NCBI GenBank assembly: GCA_002070455.1
Contig: MWDG01000002.1
Span: 7,062 to 71,061, forward strand
DNA: 64,000 bases
Source of the DNA: Deltaproteobacteria bacterium ADurb.Bin151
GTDB taxonomy: Bacteria; Desulfobacterota; Syntrophia; Syntrophales; Smithellaceae
Direction: 5' to 3'
Shown here piece after piece: positions 28,136-35,872 of the stretch. The position numbers were made by a program, and so were the translations under genes. A model generated the notes under the pieces. That model had not been told where the DNA came from, searched no databases, and saw nothing but the letters and a program-made list of their open reading frames with translations. Each line of letters opens with the position of its first letter. Position 1 is the stretch's first letter.

Positions 28136-28489
28136 TTATATTGTTCCCGGTTTCTCGATGAGGACCAGGGCGGTTTCCGGCCCGATGGAAAATGCCTCTT
28201 TCACGCTTCCTTTGACTGTGATTTTTTCGCCCCTTGCGGGCAGCGTTCTTTGCGTGACAACCGCAATCTCGCCGGAATCATCGCGCACCATAAAGTATTT
28301 GATAAAAATCATCGAAAAGGATTCGGTTACTTCACCCGAAATAGTAACTTCTTTCCCCGCAAAGTCTCTTGGATGACCGACAATGTCACCGATCTTTGTT
28401 GTCCGAACATCACAGGATACAGCAGCGATAAAAAGGACGCAGACCAGACCAACCACTGCAGGGAACTTAAAGCTGTTGAACAGATTCAT
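28136..28489 (-). CDS. Small exported/lipoprotein OB-fold (BOF/YgiW-like) protein
   Basis: 117 aa. Signal peptide ending IAAVSC, then the pattern KEVTISGEV...DDSGEIAVV...GEKITVKGSV, typical of bacterial OB-fold proteins. Confidence 0.5.
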   Translation of the reverse strand: MNLFNSFKFPAVVGLVCVLFIAAVSCDVRTTKIGDIVGHPRDFAGKEVTISGEVTESFSMIFIKYFMVRDDSGEIAVVTQRTLPARGEKITVKGSVKEAFSIGPETALVLIEKPGTI

Positions 28490-28574
28490 TCTTCAATGCC
28501 TCTCCATACACAATGTGAATTTCTTTTCTTCGCATGCCAATCTTCAGTTCCCGGCGGTTCCTGATAGGTATTAA

Positions 28575-28868
28575 CTATTTATCTTCATTTACAGAATAAC
28601 CTGCCACCCGAAAATCAGCCAGCACCGGATCCGGCGAAAATGTCCAGAACTCCACCACTTTCTTTATTTTTTTATTTTCATGGATGAATATAAATCTTTT
28701 GTTGATCAATCCCCTTCTGAACAATACCGACTGAATGTCTTCTTTTTTTAATTGAGCATCCCGGATGCCGATGTTCAGGTTAATTCCATCATAGTTGATG
28801 GACAATTTTCCAAAAGGCCAGGATGAACTGACCATGCCGATTTTTCCCCCTCCAATATGTTCGCCCAT
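28575..28868 (-). CDS. Hypothetical 97-aa protein
   Basis: The ORF starts 11 nt downstream of the STAS gene stop. No recognisable motif. Confidence 0.45.
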   Translation of the reverse strand: MGEHIGGGKIGMVSSSWPFGKLSINYDGINLNIGIRDAQLKKEDIQSVLFRRGLINKRFIFIHENKKIKKVVEFWTFSPDPVLADFRVAGYSVNEDK

Positions 28869-28879
28869 ACCTCTTGTCC

Positions 28880-29260
28880 TTATGAATTCTGAGATGCCAA
28901 AACACTTTTTTGCATGGCGTCAAAATATGCGTCCGCTTCGCTGATACTGGCAAAGAGTCTGATGCCATTGAGCATATTGGCAATCTCAAATACTTTTTCG
29001 ATTTGCGGCTGCACATTGATCATGTAAACATGGCCGCCCTGCTGTTCAATCATTCTCCGGGTTTTCAGAAATATGCGCAGGCCCATGCTGCTGATGTAAT
29101 CCAGATTCGTCAGCTCGAACAGGATGGTCTTGGTCGATGGAAGCAGGATTGTGCTGATCCTTGCGTCGCAATCGGGGGATGTTGTGCTATCCAGCCGTCC
29201 GTTCAACGTGACAAAATACGACCCGGGTGATTTGTTTTCAACATTCATGATCAGGGCCAT
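28880..29260 (-). CDS. STAS-domain protein (anti-sigma-factor antagonist family)
   Basis: 126 aa. AAGGAG 7 nt before the ATG. Pattern FELTNLDYISSMGLRIFL...VYMINVQPQIEKVFEI is typical of SpoIIAA/STAS. Confidence 0.8.
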   Translation of the reverse strand: MALIMNVENKSPGSYFVTLNGRLDSTTSPDCDARISTILLPSTKTILFELTNLDYISSMGLRIFLKTRRMIEQQGGHVYMINVQPQIEKVFEIANMLNGIRLFASISEADAYFDAMQKSVLASQNS

Positions 29261-29429
29261 TGCTATGCTCCTTTGATGGTATGAACCGATTTCATTATTT
29301 GTATGATTCAGATTCTTTATTTATTCTACCACAAAATCATGGATTGTTAAAAGAAGAATCAAAAACAGAATAAAAACCGTTATGCATCATTATTCGTTCA
29401 TCCGTTTTCAGCTTTTGATTCGTCACACC

Positions 29430-31373
29430 TCACTCACCCGTCAACCGTCGAAACTCTTGTGTATGCCGGATATTATCAAAATCAATCTCGGTCCTTGCAT
29501 CCTTTTTATAGGAAGATTTCAGCTGAATGGCTGTCGCCAGGTCCCGCAAGGCGCCTTTCACATTCCGCATCATGGAATAAAGGCGGGCCCGGCGGTAATA
29601 GGGGCTCGCGTATTGCGGTTCCAATTTAATCGCCCTGGTCAGATCAACAATAGCCTGCTGATATTTACCCAGAGCGTAATAAGAAGCACCGCGGTTGTTG
29701 TATGCAGAACGGATATTCGGATCCAGTTCGGTCGCACGATTATAATCCGATATGGCTTCCTTATATTTTCCTAAATAATAATAGGCATTGCCCCGGTTGT
29801 GATACGCAATCGCATCCCCCGGGGCAAGTTCAATGGCCTTATTATAATCTGCCACCGCTTCGTTATATTTGCGAAGATCATCATATGCGCTTCCGCGGTT
29901 ATGATAGGCAATGGCATACTGTGGATTGAGGTTAATCGCCACATTGTAATCCGCAATAGCCTCCTGATGTATGCCCATTCTGGAATAGGTATTGCCCCGG
30001 TTATGATAAGCAACCGCGTTTCCCGGATTGAGTTCGATCGCCTTGTTGTAGTCCGCCAAGGCATCATGATAGTTCCCCAGGTCAACATAAGCGCCCCCGC
30101 GGTTGTTATAGGCAATGATATATTTTGGATTGATTTCAATCGCTTTATTGTATTGAGCGACGGCTTCATGGTGTCTGCCGAGCAGGGAATAAACATTGCC
30201 GGAGTTGTTGTACGCCACGGCATCCTTCGGATCGAGTTCAATCACTTTATTGTAATCGGCCATGGCTTCATGATATTTGCCCAGGGCCACATACGCGCTG
30301 CCGCGGTTGTTATAAGCCATTGCGTAATCTGAATAAAGTTGAATCGCCTTACTGTAGTCGGCTACAGCTTCCGGATGGATTCCGAGCCTGGAATAGACAT
30401 TACCGCGGTTATAGTAGGCGGTTGCAGAATGTGTGTCCTGTTCAATCGCTCTGGTACACTGATCCAGGGTCTGCTCCCGTTTACCGGGGATGGAATAGAC
30501 ATTACCGCTGGTGTCATAGGACACCGCATGACCCCGATCAAGCTTGACCGCTTTATTCAGTTCTGCAATGTCTTCATGGAAGATCGGGTCAACGATTCGA
30601 TAAATTTCCCCTGATTGATGGTTGAATATCACTACTTTTTTTAAATCCACTTTAAGAATATTTGAATAGCGGGACACCGGTCCGTCGATTATCGCTTTAC
30701 GGACAGGATGGTCCGTGAGATTGCATATCAAAAGTACCCTCATGTTGTCGCTTGCCCGTTTTGCCTCCGCTGGCTTCATATCGACCGCGACCCGCATCAC
30801 TGCCTGCCGGTCTTTGTCTGCAATCACAACCCTGTAAAGAACGTCAATCTTTTCTCCGGAAATCATTGAATCTTTTCTATACTTACCCTGCTTGCTTTTC
30901 ACACTCTGTATGGCTTTCTCTCCCGGATATTCGAGCTCATGGCTATCAACCACCCGGATTTTTTTGACAAGGATGCCGTCAGATTTTATGTGTTTTATTT
31001 CAAAAATAAATTTTGAATTTCCTGAATCATATTTTTTTTCGGGCTGCTGCAGGACAAAGGCAAACCGGTCCCGAACGGTCATGTTCCCGACGACATTTTT
31101 ATTCTGATCATGACCGGTTTTCTGTTCGGTCCGGCCATTTGCCGCAGATTCCTCTTTTTTGACCGGGTATCCTACCAAGAGACTTCTGTATACAGCCGCA
31201 ATATCGTGGCCGTTGTATTTTGAGGGAAGCGACTTCCATTGATCCTGAAAAGGCTCTGTGGAATAAGGATCTGAGGATTGTATTGATTTCTTTGCCGCGA
31301 AAGGGGCTCCCGGCAGAAGAAGAAAAAAGAAGATCATGGAATAAATAAGGATGAAAAAAATGCTTTTTTTCAT
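29430..31373 (-). CDS. Exported TPR-repeat protein
   Basis: 647 aa. Signal peptide, a non-repetitive domain of about 290 aa, then about 10 tandem 34-aa TPR units (AYNNRGNxYxxLGxYxEAxADYNKAIELxP). Confidence 0.85.
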   Translation of the reverse strand: MKKSIFFILIYSMIFFFLLLPGAPFAAKKSIQSSDPYSTEPFQDQWKSLPSKYNGHDIAAVYRSLLVGYPVKKEESAANGRTEQKTGHDQNKNVVGNMTVRDRFAFVLQQPEKKYDSGNSKFIFEIKHIKSDGILVKKIRVVDSHELEYPGEKAIQSVKSKQGKYRKDSMISGEKIDVLYRVVIADKDRQAVMRVAVDMKPAEAKRASDNMRVLLICNLTDHPVRKAIIDGPVSRYSNILKVDLKKVVIFNHQSGEIYRIVDPIFHEDIAELNKAVKLDRGHAVSYDTSGNVYSIPGKREQTLDQCTRAIEQDTHSATAYYNRGNVYSRLGIHPEAVADYSKAIQLYSDYAMAYNNRGSAYVALGKYHEAMADYNKVIELDPKDAVAYNNSGNVYSLLGRHHEAVAQYNKAIEINPKYIIAYNNRGGAYVDLGNYHDALADYNKAIELNPGNAVAYHNRGNTYSRMGIHQEAIADYNVAINLNPQYAIAYHNRGSAYDDLRKYNEAVADYNKAIELAPGDAIAYHNRGNAYYYLGKYKEAISDYNRATELDPNIRSAYNNRGASYYALGKYQQAIVDLTRAIKLEPQYASPYYRRARLYSMMRNVKGALRDLATAIQLKSSYKKDARTEIDFDNIRHTQEFRRLTGE

Positions 31374-31480
31374 TTTCCCGTTCTTTTCAATGGTTTTGAT
31401 GAATGTAATGATGACTCAGGCACCGGCATTACAACCTTAAACTGAAATCTATTTCATCATCATTCAAAAACAACCTCTGC

Positions 31481-31780
31481 CTAAAAAGAATGACATGCCG
31501 CGCATTTCAGCTTATTCTTACCATTCTTGTGGATTTTATGGATTTCCACTGAAAAATTTGTCGGTTCATGATCGGCCGGATCCGGTGTGTGACAGGACAA
31601 ACAGGCTTTTATATCACCGACCTCAGGATGTTTTTTGGGCATGATCTTACTGTAGTCCTTGTGACAGGCAGCACACGCATCTTCCTTTAAAGGTGGTTCA
31701 GCGGCTAAAACGATTGTTCCTGTCAAGAAGCATATCAATATTACCACACATGCATAAATGAAGTATTTCCCCACATGCAT
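31481..31780 (-). CDS. Small trihaem c-type cytochrome
   Basis: 99 aa. N-terminal signal/anchor and three CxxCH motifs (CAACH, CLSCH, CAACH). Confidence 0.8.
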   Translation of the reverse strand: MHVGKYFIYACVVILICFLTGTIVLAAEPPLKEDACAACHKDYSKIMPKKHPEVGDIKACLSCHTPDPADHEPTNFSVEIHKIHKNGKNKLKCAACHSF

Positions 31781-31812
31781 TTTTGTCCTCCTTTTACTTC
31801 TTTATCAAGCTG

Positions 31813-32853
31813 TTACAGGCCCTGAAACTTAAAGGGATTTGCGTTTCTGAATGAATCCAGGGCATCGCCTGCATAAATTTCATTTTTTTCCAGCGAAAGT
31901 TTTTTAACCGGCGCATTTTCACTGAAATCGATTTTCTTGAGATTCACCCAGAAGACATTCGGCGTCAAGACATTTTCGAAATAGTAAACAAGATTTTTCT
32001 GATCAGAGACAGCTCTCCAGCGTGTCGAAGAAATATTGGGCTGATCTTTCGTGGATATTCCGTAGGGCACTGAACAATTCCTGATCACGCTGAAAACACC
32101 GGCAACGGCAATCCTGGGATCGCTTGTCTGGCGTATGGTCCTGATATAATAGGACGCCCTGACAAAACGGTCTGCGGCGCGATTGGTCCCCGGGAGCATG
32201 ACGGTGCCCGGTATCCCGCTCCAATAATCGTTCAGGGCCAGCTGCTTTGAAAAGACCGGGGAGTTCGTCATGACATTGTATGTCCGATCATGATGGATCA
32301 CCAGTTTTCGCCCTATGTATTCAAAAATCGCATTATCGCCCGTCGCATCTGAAATCGACAGATGCAGCGTTGACAGCATGTCCGTTCCGGGAATCACATC
32401 CGAGAATACCATAAACTTTTCTTTTTTCAGTTCACGAACAGCCTCTTTGACGGTCGCAAAATTATCCAGCACATACTGCGCCCACGCGGCAATGGTCACC
32501 CCTTTCTGCTTGAGATCATACGGAGGATATTCGGACTCCGCCAGCCACAGGAGATTCGCCGCCAGTCCCTTTTCGTTCATGCCGTCGACGGTGGAATTTT
32601 CAAATGAGCTGATCACGAGACTGCCGTACCGTGATTTCCATTTGATGGAATTCGGGCCCGCTTCGCCGTTTCGCTGCATTCCGCGGGGAAATATCCACAT
32701 ACCGGCCGGTATTTCATCCTTCCAATCCATGGACCTTGCGGTGATGATGGTACTTTCAGGCCCCTGGTAGACCACGCGTGTACAGGCCATTGCCTCCGTG
32801 TTCAAAACAATGTTCATGAGCATACAGACCAGAAATACAAACAGTTTTTTCAT
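31813..32853 (-). CDS. Choloylglycine hydrolase / penicillin V acylase family Ntn hydrolase (exported)
   Basis: 346 aa. Signal peptide ending ...TEAMA followed by CTRVVY...ARSMDW. The nucleophile Cys sits at the predicted mature N-terminus, the family hallmark. Confidence 0.85.
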   Translation of the reverse strand: MKKLFVFLVCMLMNIVLNTEAMACTRVVYQGPESTIITARSMDWKDEIPAGMWIFPRGMQRNGEAGPNSIKWKSRYGSLVISSFENSTVDGMNEKGLAANLLWLAESEYPPYDLKQKGVTIAAWAQYVLDNFATVKEAVRELKKEKFMVFSDVIPGTDMLSTLHLSISDATGDNAIFEYIGRKLVIHHDRTYNVMTNSPVFSKQLALNDYWSGIPGTVMLPGTNRAADRFVRASYYIRTIRQTSDPRIAVAGVFSVIRNCSVPYGISTKDQPNISSTRWRAVSDQKNLVYYFENVLTPNVFWVNLKKIDFSENAPVKKLSLEKNEIYAGDALDSFRNANPFKFQGL

Positions 32854-33034
32854 GGGTTATTCCTTTCAGATATCCTGGACCCACCGGTTTTTTTTATTCG
32901 GTGGCTTTTCTCATACCGGATTCGCTTCCAGGCTTTTTTCGAGACCGGTGCACCCAAACGAGGGGCTGCGCATCACTCGATTTTTGAGGATTTTATCCTA
33001 ATTGAGACAGAATGAAAAGTCCCGATGTTGCCCA

Positions 33035-33064
33035 TTGACTTCACTGATCATTTTTTTCTATAAT
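33035..33064 (+). promoter_or_regulatory. Candidate sigma-70 promoter of the AmmeMemoRadiSam operon
   Basis: TTGACT (33035-33040), 18 nt spacer, TATAAT (33059-33064). Confidence 0.45.
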
Positions 33065-33109
33065 TAAAAATATTCAATGCTGATTCACGGTAAGAAATCT
33101 CCTGAGGAT

Positions 33110-34309
33110 ATGATGATGATTTCAAGACGTGATTTATTGTTAACATGCCTAAAAATGCTGGCGGCGTCCGGCTGCGGCATCATCCTGTCCGATCCGTTCT
33201 GGCAGAGGATTTTGTCAGGCGACGATTCGGGGCTGGCCTTCGGAGCCTCTTATCTTGATGAGATCGTGCGTCTGGCCCCCGTGGCCCGTTACTGGAAACC
33301 GCTCGCCGGTCAAGGCGAAGGAGCCTCCCGTGAAAAGACGATTGTCAAATGTCTTCTTTGCCCCAACGGATGCGCCATCGCCAATGGTAAACGCGGGACG
33401 TGCCGGACACGCATGAATGTCAACGGAGAACTGCGCAGCCTTGTCTATGGCCGCCCCGTGTCCATCCATATCGATCCCATCGAGAAGAAACCCCTGTACC
33501 ATTATCTTCCTTCCTCCTCCGCATTTTCGCTTGCGACCGCCGGCTGTCCACTCAGCTGCAAATTCTGCCAGAACTGGGAGATATCGCAGGCATCCCCCGA
33601 AGACCATCAGGGGCCATTCGCACATCCTTCCAGGATTGCTGATGCCGCAAAAAACAGCAAATCGCCGGTTATCGCCTTTACATACAATGAACCGACTGTT
33701 TTCTCCGAATATATGGTTGATATCGCCGGAGAGGCCAGAAGAAAGAATATCCGATCCGTGATGATCAGCTGTGGATTCATCAACGAAGATCCTCTCGCGG
33801 AACTGTGCGGGGTTCTTGACGCAATCAAGATCGACCTGAAGGGATACAGCGAGAATTTTTACCGTACCGTTTGCGGGGCCTCGCTGCGTCCCGTTCTCAA
33901 AAGCATCAAACAGATCGCGAAAAGCCGCGCTCATCTTGAAATTGTGAACCTGGTTGTCCCGACATTAAATGATTCGGACAAGATGCTGCAGGATTTGATC
34001 AACTGGATTTTGGGAGAAGTGGGCGCGGACATTCCGGTTCACTTTACGCGCTTTCATCCGGATTACCAGCTGAGGAATCTTTCGCCCACACCGGTTGCCA
34101 CTCTGGAACGGGCCCGGGATCTGGCCCTGGCAAAGGGAATGCATTATCCCTATGTGGGAAACGTACCCGGCCATCCGGGGAATCATACCTACTGCCCGGG
34201 CTGCGGAAAGGTCGTGATCGAGCGACAGAGTTTTTTCGTGACAGCAATGAACATCAATAACGGGCAATGCAAATTCTGCGGACAAAAAATTGCCGGTGTA
34301 TGGGCATAG
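33110..34309 (+). CDS. amrS: AmmeMemoRadiSam-system radical SAM enzyme with twin-arginine signal-like N-terminus
   Basis: CPLSCKFCQNWEISQ (CxxxCxxC). Upstream CLLCPNGC...GKRGTCRTR and IDPIEKKPLYHYLP are typical of this rSAM family. The N-terminus MMMISRRDLLLTCLKMLAASGCG matches the Tat motif S-R-R-x-L-L. The start lies somewhere within 33077-33116. Confidence 0.88.
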   Translation: MMMISRRDLLLTCLKMLAASGCGIILSDPFWQRILSGDDSGLAFGASYLDEIVRLAPVARYWKPLAGQGEGASREKTIVKCLLCPNGCAIANGKRGTCRTRMNVNGELRSLVYGRPVSIHIDPIEKKPLYHYLPSSSAFSLATAGCPLSCKFCQNWEISQASPEDHQGPFAHPSRIADAAKNSKSPVIAFTYNEPTVFSEYMVDIAGEARRKNIRSVMISCGFINEDPLAELCGVLDAIKIDLKGYSENFYRTVCGASLRPVLKSIKQIAKSRAHLEIVNLVVPTLNDSDKMLQDLINWILGEVGADIPVHFTRFHPDYQLRNLSPTPVATLERARDLALAKGMHYPYVGNVPGHPGNHTYCPGCGKVVIERQSFFVTAMNINNGQCKFCGQKIAGVWA

Positions 34310-34326
34310 AAAGCGATGAATGAAAA

Positions 34327-35868
34327 ATGAAGATTTTGCGGTTGTGTGTTATATTGTTGATCAGCAGTCTATTTTGTTCCACATCATGTGAGGCAAATAA
34401 AATGTCAAATGCAGATATTCGTGAACCCGCTGTTGCAGGAAGATTTTATCCGGATTCCCCGGTCAAGCTCAAAAGCGCCATTCTACAATTTTTACAGGAT
34501 GCTCTTCCGGCAAAGTTGAAAAAGCCGGTCGCCATCGTCGTTCCCCACGCGGGTTACATCTTCTCCGGTCAAATCTGCGCCGACGGATTCAAACAGGTCA
34601 GCCATGAAAAGTATGATGTGGTCGTCATTCTGGGGACCAATCATACCAACTCAGGTTTTCAGAAAATTTCTCTTTATCCCGGCAGCGGTTTTCGCACTCC
34701 CCTAGGAACGGCGCACATTGACCGGAGCATCGTTTCCGCTCTTGTCAAAGAAGCTCCGGCGGACTGCACGCTCGATACCTCGCTTCATGAATCCGAGCAT
34801 TCCGTTGAAGTCATGGTGCCCTTTATTCAGGTGATCTTTCCGAAGGCAAAAATTGTCCCTGCCGTTGTCGGTTCACCGGACACACAGATGTGCGCCCGCT
34901 TCGGCCGTGCCCTGGCAAAGGTATTGAAAAACAGACGGGCGTTGATTGTCGCGAGTTCCGATCTTTCTCACTATCCTTCGGCGGAAAATGCGGATTTCGT
35001 GGACAGGGAAACCCTCGCGGCCGTTGCAAAACTTGATCCCGGCATTTTTCAGGCAACTGTAAAGTCTCAGGCAAAAAGAAACATCCCCAACCTTCATACC
35101 AGTATCTGCGGTGAAGCACCGGTCCTGGCAACGATGGCGGCAGCCGAGGCCCTTGGGGCCGTCCGCGGTGTGGTGGTCAGCTACGCCAATTCAGGAGATA
35201 TGTCGGTGGGGGATCGTTCGCGGGTTGTCGGGTACGGCGCTGTTGTTTTTACGGCAGAAGCCCAATACGAGGGAATACCAGCCGCCAAATCCTCTCAGAA
35301 GGCGACCTCTGCCTCCAGCGAGCTCACGCCGGCAGATAAAAAAGCGCTGCTTGCATTTGCCAGAAAAACTCTATCCGGGATCTTTGCGACAACGACCGTC
35401 CCCCTGGCAAGAGGTTTTGACGCTAGGCTCCAACAGCCACGTGGCGTTTTTATCACCCTCAGGAAAAAGGGTGATCTCCGCGGCTGCATCGGCCGAATGG
35501 TTGCTGATGAACCGCTTGTTAAACTGGTCGGCATCATGTCCCTGCAGGCAGCCTTTAACGACCGGCGTTTCCCCCAGTTGACAGCGGATGAACTGAAGGA
35601 CATCGAAATCGAGATATCCGTATTGACCCCGATGAAACAGGTGGCCGGCGCTGACAAAATTGTCGTTGGAAGGGATGGTGTTTTACTGACCAAAGACGAT
35701 CATTCCGCTGTTTTCCTTCCTCAGGTGGCAACGGAACAGGGATGGAACCGGGAACAAATGCTCGACCATCTCTGCCTGAAAGCGGGATTGACGACCGGCA
35801 GCTGGAAAAAGGGAGCAAAATTCTCAACCTTCCAGGCAATCGTTTTCAGCGAATCGCAATTCAAATAA
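34327..35868 (+). CDS. Fused Memo-like (AmmeMemoRadiSam protein B) and AMMECR1 (protein A) protein with signal peptide
   Basis: 513 aa. N-terminal hydrophobic signal MKILRLCVILLISSLFCSTSC. Memo motifs PAVAGRFYP, VPHAGYIFSG. AMMECR1 motifs RGVFITLRKKGDLRGCIG, AVFLPQV. Confidence 0.88.
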   Translation: MKILRLCVILLISSLFCSTSCEANKMSNADIREPAVAGRFYPDSPVKLKSAILQFLQDALPAKLKKPVAIVVPHAGYIFSGQICADGFKQVSHEKYDVVVILGTNHTNSGFQKISLYPGSGFRTPLGTAHIDRSIVSALVKEAPADCTLDTSLHESEHSVEVMVPFIQVIFPKAKIVPAVVGSPDTQMCARFGRALAKVLKNRRALIVASSDLSHYPSAENADFVDRETLAAVAKLDPGIFQATVKSQAKRNIPNLHTSICGEAPVLATMAAAEALGAVRGVVVSYANSGDMSVGDRSRVVGYGAVVFTAEAQYEGIPAAKSSQKATSASSELTPADKKALLAFARKTLSGIFATTTVPLARGFDARLQQPRGVFITLRKKGDLRGCIGRMVADEPLVKLVGIMSLQAAFNDRRFPQLTADELKDIEIEISVLTPMKQVAGADKIVVGRDGVLLTKDDHSAVFLPQVATEQGWNREQMLDHLCLKAGLTTGSWKKGAKFSTFQAIVFSESQFK

Positions 35869-35872
35869 ATCC

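Noticed and set aside
29450-30480. Regular repeats of about 102 nt that could be mistaken for a CRISPR or tandem-repeat array
   Set aside because: They are in frame and encode consecutive 34-aa TPR units of the 647-aa protein. There is no repeat-spacer structure.
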